A program made the position numbers and the translations under genes. From NCBI GenBank assembly GCA_963828845.1, contig CAWHGE010000009.1, positions 106,660 to 170,659 on the forward strand: a DNA stretch of 64,000 nucleotides. The letters are read 5' to 3'. This document shows, in pieces, positions 17,439-29,283 of the stretch; the stretch's first letter is position 1, and the number at the start of each line of letters is the position of its first letter. The notes beneath the pieces are model-generated. The model saw only the letters and a list, made by a program, of their open reading frames with translations, searched no databases and was not told the DNA's origin. The DNA is from an uncultured Chloroflexia bacterium (GTDB lineage Bacteria > Chloroflexota > Anaerolineae > Anaerolineales > UBA4823).

Positions 17439-17777
17439 TCAGAAAGGCAGCCCTCCCGCCAGTGGACCCAATCGCTCAGAGGCCAGGGCACGCGAAGCCT
17501 CCAGAGCCCCATTGACCGCCGCCAGTACCAGGTCTTGCAGCATTTCTACGTCAAGGTCTTTCAGCAGCTCCGGATCAATTTCCACCGACTGGCAGCGCTG
17601 GTCACCGGTCACGACCACTTTGATCGCTCCACCACCCGCTGAATAATTTACGGTCTCCTGAGCCAGCTGCTCTTGGGTTTGAGCAAGCTGTTCCTGCAGC
17701 TTTTGGATTTGCTGCATCATTCCCATCTGCCCACCTTTTTGGGGGATATTTGGACGAAACCTCGGTTTATTGGGCAT
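17439..17777 (-). CDS. ybaB: YbaB/EbfC nucleoid-associated protein
   Basis: SAGGGAIKVVVTGDQ...IDPELL...EMLQDLVLAAVNGA; canonical dnaX-ybaB-recR order. Confidence 0.92.
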   Translation of the reverse strand: MPNKPRFRPNIPQKGGQMGMMQQIQKLQEQLAQTQEQLAQETVNYSAGGGAIKVVVTGDQRCQSVEIDPELLKDLDVEMLQDLVLAAVNGALEASRALASERLGPLAGGLPF

Positions 17778-17792
17778 AATTTACTCCTGCTT

Positions 17793-19379
17793 TTATTGGA
17801 TATCCACAATTTCACCACCCAGGTCACGCAGAGCTGACGCCACCATCCCATCACTATCCACTTCATCAGGAGGTGTGCTCTTCGTGCCGGAGGTTAATAT
17901 TACCTGCACATATATCTCTTTCCCCATGACCTGCTTTAGGACCCTCTGGAGCAGCTCAAGTTTGGTGGGGTCTTCCAGCCGCGTTTTGAGTGCATCACCA
18001 CTGAGACCAAGGGTGAGGGTATTGCCTTTCAGGACACGCGACTTGACTGAATTCACCAGCGCATACAGGCTCGAATTCTGCCCCCTTAACTGTGCCAGCA
18101 CCAAATTCCAACTCTTATCCAGGCGCTGGTTGGTGAGTGCATCCTCCGGGGTCATTTCCCTTAGCTCAAGGGGCGCAGTGCGGGTTTCTTTCATCGCACT
18201 TGCTGCGCTGGGTGGCTTACTCGCCGAGGTGGCAGCTGAGGTCATTGGTGCAGCTGGTATGGTTGGTGCGAGCGGAGTCGTTTTATTCTCTGTGGTCGTA
18301 CCCTCCAACGCTATAGCTTCAACAAAAGCCATCTCCAGCGGCAGAGCTGGCTGCCAGCTACTGCGGGTTTCCGTCGCGGCCTGGTTGAACGCTTGAATAA
18401 TCCTGAGCAGCTCAGTCACGGTCAAGGCTTGGGCATGACGCGCCATTTGGTTGCGTAATTCGGGGGTGGCTTCCACCTGCGCCGCATTGCCCATTGCCAC
18501 CAGCAGCAGGTTACGCAGGTAATCTACAATCTGACGCGCGAACTGGCGCGGGTCAGAACCTGAATCCAGGCTGCGGTGGATGGTTTCCAATCCTTGCGCA
18601 GATTGGTGTTCTAGCATGGCTTCGACCAAGTCAAGCACCGCCTGACTGGTAGCAGTACCCAACACATCCTGGGCTAATTGTAGTGTAATGCTTTTACCTG
18701 CCGAAACCAGCTGGTCAAGCAATGAGATGGCATCCCGCATGGATCCTGTAGCCTGGCGTGCAACCAGGTTGAGTGCTTCTGGTTCTGCCTTGATTTTCTC
18801 CTCATCTGCCAGCATCTTTAAATTTTCTACAATCTCTTTCACCGGTATGCGGCGGAATTCATGCCGCTGGCAGCGCGAAAGCACCGTCGCCGGGATTTTA
18901 TGCACCTCGGTGGTCGCCAGGACAAATATTGCATGCTGCGGTGGTTCCTCAAGAGTCTTGAGCAGGGCGTTGAAAGCTGCCGTGGATAACATGTGCACTT
19001 CATCGATGATGTACACCTTGTAGCGTCCCTGGTTGGGGGAGAAATTGATCTTGTCGCGCAAGTCACGCACGTCATCCACGCTGGTATTGGAAGCCGCGTC
19101 GATCTCTATCAAATCAAGGAAACGCCCCTGGTTAACCGCCTGGCAATGTGCACATTGGTTGCATGGTCGCTTGGCTAGATCCTTATCCAGGCAGTTGACC
19201 GCCTTTGCCAGGATGCGTGCGGTGGTGGTCTTGCCCGTGCCGCGTGGACCAGCAAATAAATACGCATGTGCCACCCGGTCAGCAGTGACTGCATTGCGCA
19301 GTGTCTGCACTACGTGTTCCTGGCCGATGACCTGGTCCCAATGGAACGGGCGCCATTTTCGATAGAGCGACTGTGACAT
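17793..19379 (-). CDS. dnaX: DNA polymerase III subunit gamma/tau
   Basis: LYRKWRP, GPRGTGKTT, EIDAAS, IIDEVHMLS, SRCQ motifs. Confidence 0.96.
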   Translation of the reverse strand: MSQSLYRKWRPFHWDQVIGQEHVVQTLRNAVTADRVAHAYLFAGPRGTGKTTTARILAKAVNCLDKDLAKRPCNQCAHCQAVNQGRFLDLIEIDAASNTSVDDVRDLRDKINFSPNQGRYKVYIIDEVHMLSTAAFNALLKTLEEPPQHAIFVLATTEVHKIPATVLSRCQRHEFRRIPVKEIVENLKMLADEEKIKAEPEALNLVARQATGSMRDAISLLDQLVSAGKSITLQLAQDVLGTATSQAVLDLVEAMLEHQSAQGLETIHRSLDSGSDPRQFARQIVDYLRNLLLVAMGNAAQVEATPELRNQMARHAQALTVTELLRIIQAFNQAATETRSSWQPALPLEMAFVEAIALEGTTTENKTTPLAPTIPAAPMTSAATSASKPPSAASAMKETRTAPLELREMTPEDALTNQRLDKSWNLVLAQLRGQNSSLYALVNSVKSRVLKGNTLTLGLSGDALKTRLEDPTKLELLQRVLKQVMGKEIYVQVILTSGTKSTPPDEVDSDGMVASALRDLGGEIVDIQ

Positions 19380-19435
19380 ATCTAGAGTGTATCAGACTGA
19401 AACGTATCGGTCAATCTGTACCACTGTCTGAAAGG

Positions 19436-20887
19436 TTATTTGCTTACACAACCCAATCGCCATGACCTTCCATCGCCAGCCAGCAGCGCATTCGCTTCAG
19501 AAGGACCCCAGCTTCCACGGCGATAAAGGGAAAGGTCGGGGGTATTGCTCGTCTCCCAACCATTGACGATCGAATCGATCAGCTTCCAGGCAGCTTCAAT
19601 CCCGTCTGAGCGGGTGAAGAGGGAAGCATCTCCACGCAAAGCCTCCAGGATGAGCCGTTCGTAGGCATCCGGTAACACCCCGGTAAAAGAGTCACGGTAG
19701 TGAAAGTCCATATCTACCGAACGCATATCCTGGTCAGAATCGGGCACCTTGGCTTCGAACATCAGGTGGATGCCTTCATCGGGCTGGATGCAAAGCGACA
19801 GGATATTGGGGATGAATTTATATTCGTCCGGAAGGTGGAACATCAGGTGTGGCGGTCGCTGGAACTCCACGATGACTTGTGACGTTTTGTTAGCCAGGCT
19901 CTTCCCCGAGCGCAGGTAAAATGGCACACCCTTCCAACGCCAGTTATCAATATATAACTTTATGGCAGCGTAGGTCGGCGTTTGTGAACCTGGTGCGACG
20001 CCCTCGGTTTGTTGATACCCCTCATATTGGGCACGCACCGTGTCGGTAAGAGCGACGGGGCGAATGGAGGACAATACCTTGAAGGTTTCATTCCGTACCG
20101 CATCCGCCTCAAACGAAGCCGGAGGCTCCATCGCCGTCAGCGAAAGTAGTTGTAGCAGGTGGTTCTGGAACATATCGCGCACCACCCCCACGCTATCGTA
20201 ATAATCCGCCCGGTGCTCGATGTCCACCGTCTCAGCTACCGTAATCTGGATGTTATCTACGTAGCGCCGGTTCCAAATGGGCTCAAAGACCGTGTTGGCG
20301 AAGCGGAAAAACAGTATATTCTGAGCCGTTTCCTTACCCAGGTAGTGATCGATGCGGTAAATCTGACTTTCATCAAAAACTGAATGAAGAATCTTGTTCA
20401 GCTCACGGGCAGAGGTCAGATCCTTGCCAAAAGGCTTCTCGACGATGATCCGGCGCCAGCCCTCACTTTGATCTGCCAAACCTGCCTGACCCAGGCAGTT
20501 GACCACCGGGATGTAATGCTCTGGAGCTGTTGCCAGGTAGTAAAGCCGGTTGGCTGGATTTACTTCCCGTTCTTTAAGGAATTCTCCCAGGCGCTTGAAG
20601 TCTTCGGGGACGTCCAAGTTGCCCTGGAAGTAGATTAGCTTCGGAGAGAAGTCCTCCCACTTAGCCTGGTTGTAGCTTTCGGGGGTGAATGTCTGTACCC
20701 CTTCCTGCAATCGCTGGCGGAAGGTTTGGTCGTTATACGGTCGTCGCGCAAAGCCGATGATCTCCCCACACCAGGGCATGCGCCCCTTAATGTGGTTATT
20801 GTATAAGGCTGGCACCAGCTTACGCCAGGTAAGGTCTCCTGAGGCCCCAAAAATGACAATCGTGGTGAGTTTATCGTCATTTGACAT
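19436..20887 (-). CDS. zwf: Glucose-6-phosphate 1-dehydrogenase
   Basis: [32 protein letters not shown]. Confidence 0.96.
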   Translation of the reverse strand: MSNDDKLTTIVIFGASGDLTWRKLVPALYNNHIKGRMPWCGEIIGFARRPYNDQTFRQRLQEGVQTFTPESYNQAKWEDFSPKLIYFQGNLDVPEDFKRLGEFLKEREVNPANRLYYLATAPEHYIPVVNCLGQAGLADQSEGWRRIIVEKPFGKDLTSARELNKILHSVFDESQIYRIDHYLGKETAQNILFFRFANTVFEPIWNRRYVDNIQITVAETVDIEHRADYYDSVGVVRDMFQNHLLQLLSLTAMEPPASFEADAVRNETFKVLSSIRPVALTDTVRAQYEGYQQTEGVAPGSQTPTYAAIKLYIDNWRWKGVPFYLRSGKSLANKTSQVIVEFQRPPHLMFHLPDEYKFIPNILSLCIQPDEGIHLMFEAKVPDSDQDMRSVDMDFHYRDSFTGVLPDAYERLILEALRGDASLFTRSDGIEAAWKLIDSIVNGWETSNTPDLSLYRRGSWGPSEANALLAGDGRSWRLGCVSK

Positions 20888-20968
20888 TGTCTTATACTCC
20901 CTCGTTTGTCAGGTGAGTATACCGCGGACCGGATAAAAAAAACTATCTCTATATAGAAAAATATAGAT

Positions 20969-22213
20969 CTATCTAAAGTACTCGCTGGCTGCCTCGATGC
21001 GCTGCAGCACCTCAGCCGCCTCATCCGGTCCGGCTATGTGTACTGTGCCATCCCCATCCACGTGTGTGGGGATGAGGTCGTAACCGGTGTAGTCTGTCCC
21101 GCTAAAATGCAGCAGCAGCATTACCCCCTGCTGGTGGGCTAAATCCCAGGTCTGGTCGAAGACAAAGTTGCCCAGCCCATAAAACACATCAATGCCGTTG
21201 ATCTGCTGGATGGCCTGCACCACATGGGTGTGATTTCCCACCACCACATCTGCCCCCGCCTCCACAGCCACCTGAGCAAAGTGCAGCTGGTAGCTATTGG
21301 GTTCGGAGGTGTCCTCCGGTCCCCAGTGAGGCATAGCGATGACTATATCCGAGACCTCCCTTGCTGCTGAGATGGCATTGCGCAGGTTGTCGTCCGTCAG
21401 CTCGGCAATCCCGGGTGAATCCGCACCGGCAAATGCCATTGGCTCGACCATCCCCAGCGAGACGATACCAAAGCGCACGCCTTGAACCTCGACTACCACC
21501 GGCTGGAGGGCCTCAGCCTGGTTCAGCCCCGCTCCCACCGGAATGATGTTGTTTGCCCTCAGGTTGTCCAGTGTGTCCAGGAAGGCCCGGTTGTAATCAT
21601 CAGCACAGCTTGCCCCAGCGCAATTCTTAATGTGGTTGGTAGCCACACTCATCACATCAAAACCAGCAGAGGCAGCTGCTGATGCGCTGCGGGAGTCACT
21701 TACCAGCACATAGGTTTCGATGCAACCTGTGTGGGTGGACAGGTCGCTCAGGGTGGTATTCAATGTCCCCACTGCCAGGTCAGCATTGGAGATGGTCTCT
21801 CGCACCTCATCATAGATATAATTGGCATCTCCGCGCCAATCAATGGCAGATTGCACGCAGCGCGCGGGCACGATCACCCCCGTGAACAACAGCGTGATTT
21901 GTGGTGCAGGCAGAACCGTGGGGGTTTCCATCGGAAGGACGGTATTAGTCTGTGTAGGGCTGGCTATACTGACCATTTCAGGTGTGGAGCTCGCTTCTGG
22001 TGCAGACTGCATGACGAATGGCAGCGAAACTACCATGTCTGTGGGAGTCAGCGTGGGTGGTATGGCTGGAATGGACGTCGGAGATACGGCTGAGGTTTGG
22101 ATCTGGCACCCGCTTAAGGCAAGCCAGAGTACGCATATCAGTCCTACGCGGCTAATCACCTGCCAGATATTTTTTAAGTCATTTATCATAGTCTGTAGTC
22201 TCACCTCACCCAT
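20969..22213 (-). CDS. CapA-family (PGA_cap) metallophosphatase-fold lipoprotein
   Basis: Lipobox LALSGC, T/P-rich linker, VATNH, MPHWGPE, GNHTHV, YGLGNFVFDQ. Confidence 0.85.
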   Translation of the reverse strand: MGEVRLQTMINDLKNIWQVISRVGLICVLWLALSGCQIQTSAVSPTSIPAIPPTLTPTDMVVSLPFVMQSAPEASSTPEMVSIASPTQTNTVLPMETPTVLPAPQITLLFTGVIVPARCVQSAIDWRGDANYIYDEVRETISNADLAVGTLNTTLSDLSTHTGCIETYVLVSDSRSASAAASAGFDVMSVATNHIKNCAGASCADDYNRAFLDTLDNLRANNIIPVGAGLNQAEALQPVVVEVQGVRFGIVSLGMVEPMAFAGADSPGIAELTDDNLRNAISAAREVSDIVIAMPHWGPEDTSEPNSYQLHFAQVAVEAGADVVVGNHTHVVQAIQQINGIDVFYGLGNFVFDQTWDLAHQQGVMLLLHFSGTDYTGYDLIPTHVDGDGTVHIAGPDEAAEVLQRIEAASEYFR

Positions 22214-23346
22214 CAGCCAATGAATTTTGTATCTCTGCCTTCACCAGCGGGTCATTTTCATTGGCAGCAGCCCTTTCCAGGGCTTGTCTGGCGGTGGCTC
22301 CATCAATCTGCCCAAGCGCCCAGGCAGCATGCGCTCGCACCAACGGCTCATGGTCAAACATCAATGCCTGTGTAAGCGGTGCTGCAGCCTTCGAACTATG
22401 CAGGTTACCAAGAGCTATGGCTATATTGCGCAAATAACCTCTGCGTTTGGCACGCCTGAGTGGGCTGTGGCGGTATTTGTGGTTGAATTCAACAGTGGTA
22501 AGAGCCAGCTCATCTAGCAAATCCGGGTCTGGTTGGGTCAGGGAGGTATCGAATGCCGGGTCAACCTCTGAATCTGCAAATCGGTTCCAAGGGCATACCT
22601 GTTGACACACGTCACAACCAAAGATCCATGCATCCATCAACGTTCGTATTTCAGTCGGAATCGTCCCTTTTAGCTCGATGGTCAGGTAAGAGATGCACCG
22701 GCGGGCGTCCAGGGTGCGATCAGGCAGGATGCAGCTTGTCGGGCAGGCGGTGATGCAGCGCGTGCATTTGCCACAACGGTCAACTGTAAAGTGGCTGGTC
22801 TGCCTCGAGCTCAATCCCAAGCAGGATTTCCGCCAGTAAAAAATAAGAGCCTTTGTCAGGGTTGATCAGGCAGGTATTCTTGCCAATCCATCCCAGCCCG
22901 GCGCGCTGTGCCAGCTCGCGCTCCAGCAATGGACCCGTGTCGGTGTACCACCGGTTTGGAATGGGATGCCCAATGAGTCCTTCGATGAATTGAACCAGGG
23001 ATTGCAATCGAGCTGACAGAAAGACGTGATAATCCTCCCCCCAAGCATAGGATGCAATCTTTCCGTGCGGCAACTGGTCACCATTGTCATTCATAGCCAT
23101 GGCTAATGGTGCCGGGTAGCGAACACCCAGGACGAGGATCGAACGGCATTCAGGCAGGATTTCAGCCGGATGTGCCCTGCAAATCAGGGAGCGAGGCGTA
23201 TTCAGGTAAGTCATCTCACCATGCCGTCCCTGCGCTAACCAGGCTTCAAAGACCCGCGCATGTGGCAGTGGGTCACAGGTGGTAGCGCCAACCAGGGAGA
23301 ACCCCAAACGATAGGCATGCTCTTTGATGGCTTGGGTGAGATTCAC
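22206..23346 (-). CDS. queG: Epoxyqueuosine reductase; frameshift at about 22790
   Basis: YAWGEDYH, TDTGPLLERELAQRAGLGWIGKN, CGKCTRCITACPT, CISYLTIE, GCDVCQQVCPWN, C-terminal HEAT repeats. Confidence 0.92.
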
Positions 23347-23372
23347 GATCGGATTGGCTCCTTAAATAAATT

Positions 23373-23399
23373 GTAGCGCAAGATGAACTCTTGCGCTAC
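23373..23399. repeat. Perfect inverted repeat (GTAG-type REP-like element or terminator)
   Basis: GTAGCGCAAGA-tgaac-TCTTGCGCTAC, 11-bp stem. Confidence 0.5.
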
Positions 23400-23426
23400 C
23401 TATTGAAATTGTGAAAGATTGCCAGG

Positions 23427-24475
23427 CTATGGTGTGCAGGTGAGGTTGAACGTCGCCTGGTTGGAAGTCATGTCCACCGGGGCGGTGATATGTAAGCGCA
23501 CCCAACCCGTCCCAGAGTCAGTAAATTCCATCGGGAAGGTCAGTGAATATGTCCCTGGACCAAATATGCTGGTTCGCGATCCGGGTAGATCGAATTGGAA
23601 GCCGGGTGTATCTGAGCCCGCCTCCAGATTGTAAGTCAGGGTGGCTCCCGGATTGAGGGTAAAGGTGGCCGCGAAAGTGAAAGTATATGGGCATGGGCCG
23701 CTAAAGGTATCAGCATCAACCGACATGGTCAGACTGCTGATTGGGTTGGCGGGAACCCCTGTGGAGGTGGGTGTGGCGCCTGGGGTGCTCGTCTGTAACT
23801 GGTTGGGTCGCTCCTCCGCTGCCAACCTCGATCAAGACATATACCGAATCATTGAAGAATTGCCCGGATGCATTCTTCATTTTCCAAAAGCCCTGATATT
23901 TGCCTGTATTGGTCGGCGCCACCAAATCGACCGAGATATCGATTTGCGCACCAGGTGCTACCGATTGTGCCAGGGGTACAGATGTGATGGTACCCATCTG
24001 CTCACCACTGACATAAGCCAGGGAATAAGATGTCGTCCAGGTTGTGGTGCCTGCGTTTTGCAGCCTCCATGTTTTGACGAAGGCAGCCCCAGGAGCAATG
24101 ACGGTGCCATCCGGGATGGTCACATCTGCCACAAATACCGCCCGGTCACCAGACGGTCCTGGAGGCACTGGGGTGGAAGAGGCTGTTCCCTGCGGGGTGG
24201 CTGTCACGCCTGCCACCTGGGTAAGCACGACTGAGGCGGTCTTCGAAACTGCGGTCTGGGTCGCATCAAACGTCGGCGTGGGTGTCACGGGCGTGGCAGA
24301 TGGGGTGGATTGAAATATCTGCGTCAGTCGGGTATCTGCTGTTTGGGCAGCCGCGGTATAAATCAAATCCGGATTGGTGGTGGGTGAAGCGGGTGTCTTC
24401 GAGCTACAACCCATCAAAACAATCGGTATGGATAAAAATAGCAAGGATAAAAATTGTTACGTTCTTTTTCATCAT
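23427..24475 (-). CDS. Lipoprotein with NBR1-like Ig (FW) domain and a C-terminal beta domain; frameshifted
   Basis: LMGC lipobox, PDLIYTAAAQT, FVADVTIPDGT...FVKTWRLQNAGTTTW...VDLVAP...YQGFWKM. Confidence 0.8.
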
Positions 24476-24663
24476 TTCTCCTCAACAATTGGAGCACAAA
24501 TCCACACATGCCCCGATCTTTTCCTGTCAAGCAGATTAATTAGTTTGTTTACTCAGCCTATTTTATCAACGAAGAAGGGCGGCAGGTGCGCCGGGTTTAT
24601 GATACCACGGTTACCCTGCCGCCAGGAGTTTGCGTCTATTTCGCTGGGATGTGTTTGCGCAGA

Positions 24664-25872
24664 CTATCTTTCGATGCGAGGTGCTACCCACAGCGCTAGA
24701 TCATTGTTCCATGGACCATTCGCCAGCACTACCAGCTCAAACTGAACGGTATGACCGACCAGGAGTCGCAAGATTGATGTCCAGGGATGGTGATATAGCA
24801 TTATCACAATTCTCTATCCATTCACCCACAGTGACTTCCGATGCACCTTCAATATAGCGGATTTGGAATTTGACACTTCCAGAGCCACAGTCAGCTCGCA
24901 GACCGATCCTGGTGCGTAGATGGTCGTTCGTCTGAATGGTGTAAGCTGGATAGAGTCCCAAAATCATGCCATCAGTGATCTTTTGGGGGTAGGTTGCCAA
25001 AAGGCTACCGTATGTAGTACCATCTTCCATTTTGACATTGGCAACATTAACCACCACGCCCGGGGTGTCATTATCTGGGTCACCCCATGGAAGATTGGTC
25101 GTGGCATTACGCCAGGCAGCATCAGGTCCCTTGGCAATGAAGTCGAACGAAAGTGTGTATGACGGGGTTGGCAGTGGAGTGGGTGTCGGCGTTACCGACT
25201 TGATCTGCACCCAAAAGCTCTGGTCAGCATTTTCACCGATACCAAACGATGTGCCACCTGCGTTGCGCAAACGCCAGTTGCCTTTGTAAGTACCGGGAGT
25301 GGTCGGGGCGATCAAGGTTACTGAGATATCGATCGTGCTACCAGGAGGCACGGTGCCGTTGGTGAGTGGAGCTGAAGCGAGGTCCACTCATCGCGTCGCC
25401 GTTATAGAAATACCAGGGTATAGCCTGACGTCCAGGTGCATGAGCCATTGTTCTTAAGCTGCCAGGTCTTCACAAAGGTGGTCCCGGCAGCAATCTCAGT
25501 GTTATCTGGCACGGTTATATCCTTAACAAATTGCCCCCGGTCACAAGGGATGGGGATGGGTGTGGCAGTCGGCGGTACAGGCGTATTGGTCGGCAGCGGT
25601 GTGTTCGTTGGTGGCAAGGGTGTATTGGTAGGCAGGATGACCACTGGCGAGGTGGGGGTCGCAGGTGCTACACCCGTTGTCGCACTGGGCAGAAGTATCG
25701 GTGTCCCTTGAGCTGCCTGGGTTTGTTGAGCAATCAGGGTTTGTGCAGCTGCAGTGTAGATGAGGTCTGGGCCGATCGTCGGTTGGGCAGAAGTGCCGGG
25801 AAAATTGCATGCCGTTAGCAAAAACAAAATACCGGCCATAAACAATAATGGGCGTAATCTCTTCGTAAACAT
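24664..25872 (-). CDS. Lipoprotein with NBR1-like Ig (FW) domain and a C-terminal NPCBM-like domain; frameshifted
   Basis: LTAC lipobox, PDLIYTAAAQT, CDRGQFVKDITVPDNT...FVKTWQLKNNGSCTW, YKGNWRLRN, ends ...ALWVAPRIER. Confidence 0.8.
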
Positions 25873-25993
25873 ATAATCCTCCTTGATTAATACATTTCAT
25901 ATGACGCAAATAAGGGGGATAAAGTTCCAGGTATGCTACGATCTGACCCTCTTTATCATCAACAGCCCCTCACTGAATTAAATATACACGAAA

Positions 25994-27378
25994 TTATTCA
26001 AATTTGTTCATCAGGTTTTCCCCACTGCCCAGCCTGACTGATTCACCCTGCATGGACCATGGACCAGCCCAGGTGATGCGTACGGGTAAAACCTGCCCTG
26101 TGAGATCGTCTTCAGCTTCGATGAACACTAATTTATTGGTGGTGGTACGCCCCTTCCAGCGCCCTTTCACCTTCTCTTCAAACAGCACCTCCACCTTCTC
26201 CCCTTGGTAGCGTGCAGCAATCTCGGATGCGATGCGTTCCTGCTGCTCTTCCAACAAGCGGAAACGCCGCATCTTCTCAGCTTCAGGGACATCATCGACA
26301 AAGCGCCGGTCGGCAACAGTTCCTGGCCGAGCGGAGTAACGTGCCAGGTGTGCCACATCCAGCTTGAGGTCTTCCAACAAATCATATGTGCGCTGGAACT
26401 GTGCTTCCGATTTCTCCTGGGAAGCCCACGATGATATCGGTGGCAATGGAGACACCTGGCATGTGACCATTCAAGCGGCTGCGGATCTTCTCCACCAGGC
26501 GGCGATAATCCTCAGAGGTGTACCCACGGCGCATATTCGCCAATACCTGATCATCCCCAGCCTGGACAGGCACTTCAATGTGCGGCATCACTTTGGGCAG
26601 CTCAGCCACCACATCCAGCAATTCATCCGTCATCCAGCTCGGGTGTGAGGTGAGAAATCGAATACGTTCCAACCCTTCGATCTCGTTGGTCATCCGCAGC
26701 AAAGCTGCCAGGTTGGGTCCATCCGGGATATCCTTGCCATAACGGTCGACGATTTGCCCGAGGAAGGTCACCTCGCGCACCCCCTGCGCCACCAAAGCTC
26801 TCACCTCAGCCAGGATGGTCTCAGCCGGGCGACTACGTTCAATCCCGCGCCTATAGGGGATGATGCAGAAGGTGCAGGCATGCTGAACAGCCCAACACCA
26901 CCGGCACGTGAGCGGAGACCAGCTTTCCCCGCTCAGCCACCGGCAGAGGCATGGCTGAATACAGCTCTAAATCATCATCCATCAGCGCGAACCGGCGGGT
27001 TGTTTCTGCATGTTCCAGAAGCCGGCTTTCTTCTTGGGTCAGGTATGCAATCAACGGACCTGTATCGGAGGGTGGGGAAAACACATCCACGAACGGAAAA
27101 CGTTTTTGCAGCTGCTCATGCCCTTTAACCCCCACCATGCAGCCCATCAGGTTGATCACCAGATTCGGGTGTTTCTCTTTAAGTGGCTTAAGCGAATACA
27201 ATCGCCCGTTGGCTTTATTCTCCGCACTTTGGCGTACCACACATGTATTCAAAACGATCACGTCAGCTTCCTCTGCACTCTGTGAGCGGCTCAAACCCAT
27301 CCGCTCGAGCGCAGATGCCACACGCTGTGAATCGGCCACATTCATCTGGCAGCCTTCGGTCCAAATGTGATACTTCAT
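25994..27378 (-). CDS. miaB: tRNA methylthiotransferase MiaB; frameshifted
   Basis: GCQMNVADS, LNTCVVR, GC...CTFC radical SAM motif, RIRFLTSHP, TDIIVGFPGE, C-terminal TRAM domain. Confidence 0.9.
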
Positions 27379-27502
27379 GTCCGGTATTATAACTGAGTGG
27401 TTTTTTATCCTTGATGAGTAAATTATGAATTCTGAGTTACACTCTCTCGCTCACAAATCTCTAATCCCGAAAGCTTTAATTTCAGATGGTAGAATTGCGC
27501 CT

Positions 27503-28775
27503 ATGCCCAAAAACCAAAGTAAGAGAAGTATTGCTTTTTGCACTCCTTGTCATCATCGGGCTGGCATTGGTTGGATTGATTGCGTACCAGATTCCATCCG
27601 TCAAAGCCAGGCTTGGCTGGCGGGTCGACATTGCCATGACCTACCTGCGTGGGGTGAGTCGACCCGGTTAAACCCTTCCCCACCCCCGCTGAGTCCATCG
27701 TACTTGTCAACCCAGGCTGCCAACAACACACCAACCAGCCTCCCCACCCAAATTCCCGATCTACCAACAGCAACAGTTGCCCCTACAGCCACCGCACAGC
27801 CCAGCCCAACCCCCATACCTGGTAAAGTCGAGCTGCCAACACCACTCTGGGAGCAGCAGGGGGCGAATAATTGTGGCCCTGCCACCCTGGCAATTTACCT
27901 GCACTATTATGGCTGGGAGGGCAATCAGGAAAACATCACCCAGGTGGTCAAACCTCTCGAGGAAGACCGCAACGTCAATCCCGAGGAGCTGGTTTACTTT
28001 ATCCGCACGCATGCCGGCTGGCTGAACGCTGAGTTCCGCGTGGGGGGTGACCTTGTGCTTATCAAGCAGCTGGTTGCAGCCGGCTTCCCTGTGATGATTG
28101 AGGAAAGCTTCTATTTCGACACACCCTATTGGCCTAATGATGATCTGTGGGCCGCCCATTACCTGTTGATTACCGGCTACGATGACAGTGCCCAAACCTT
28201 CATCGGGCAGGATAGCTTCCATGGACCCAACCAGGTCATTGCGTATACCATGCTGGATAGCTACTGGCAAATCTTCAACCGGGTCTATCTGTTGGTCTAT
28301 CCCCCTGCTCAGGAAGGTGCACTGAAGTCAATCCTGGGTGATAATTGGGACCCGGATCTCAATCGCCAGCATGCTTTAGAAGTGTCGCAGGCTGAGACGC
28401 AATCCACGCCCAACAATGCATTATACCTGGTTCAACCTGGGCAGTAACCTGGTTTATTTTGAGCGTTATGGTGAAGCCGCCAGTGCCTACGATACCGCTC
28501 GCAATCTTGGGTTGCCCCAACGCATGCTTCGCTACCAGTTCGGACCATTCTTCGCGTATTTCCACGCTGCAATGACCACTGAGCTGCTGGCAGTGACGGA
28601 GTATGCCCTGGAACGCACCCCCAACTCAGAAGAAGCCCTGCTGTGGCATGGATGGGCTCTCTACCGCATGGGAAAGAAGCTTGAAGCTGCGGCCGATTGG
28701 CGGAAAGCATTGGAGTACCACCCAGGTTATCAGGACGCCCAATACGCTATTGATTTTCTGGCAGCCAATCCATAA
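27503..28775 (+). CDS. Membrane-anchored peptidase C39-like protein with C-terminal TPRs; frameshifted
   Basis: N-terminal TM, T/P linker, QGANNCGPA, HYLLITGYD, DSFHGP; TPR region WFNLGSNL...YQFGPF. Confidence 0.78.
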
Positions 28776-28811
28776 TAAGAGGTAAAGTCTCTGTCAACAA
28801 CATCAACAAAA

Positions 28812-29186
28812 TTATCCGGATGTTCGGGCGTAGAAGTTGATGATATTTCCATCAGGGTCGCGGAACCAGGCTGAGCGACGCCCCCAAGGATAGGTTTCGG
28901 GTGGTTTTACGACCGGAACGCCCATTTTTGTCAATCGTTCATATTCAAGATCTACATCTTCGACCTCAAATTCGAGGCTATAGTTTCCCCAACCAGCTCT
29001 GGTTTTGGTTCCGGGGGCCATACGTTCCATGCCTTCACCAGTGAAGAAAGCCAATTCCATACCCTCAACGCTGATGGGGGCAAAAACATCGGACCCATCG
29101 GGTTCTATTTGCAAGATGGTGTAGTAAAAATCTTTTAATTTCTGCGCATCCTGTGTAATGATACATATGCCGTTAAATCTTTTCAT
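28812..29186 (-). CDS. VOC/glyoxalase family protein
   Basis: LEFEVEDVDLEYERL, PWGRRSAWFRDPDGN. Confidence 0.88.
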   Translation of the reverse strand: MKRFNGICIITQDAQKLKDFYYTILQIEPDGSDVFAPISVEGMELAFFTGEGMERMAPGTKTRAGWGNYSLEFEVEDVDLEYERLTKMGVPVVKPPETYPWGRRSAWFRDPDGNIINFYARTSG

Positions 29187-29283
29187 GATGGATTCCTCTG
29201 ACCGCTTATGCTCATCGACCTATGAAACCTATGCTGGGTCGGAATGACTGTTCGGCTTGCCTTCCTGCTTAACCGTAATGACA

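Noticed and set aside
17793-19379. Programmed -1 frameshift in dnaX producing gamma
   Set aside because: The ORF is continuous and I saw no clear A-AAA-AAG slippery site with a stimulatory structure.
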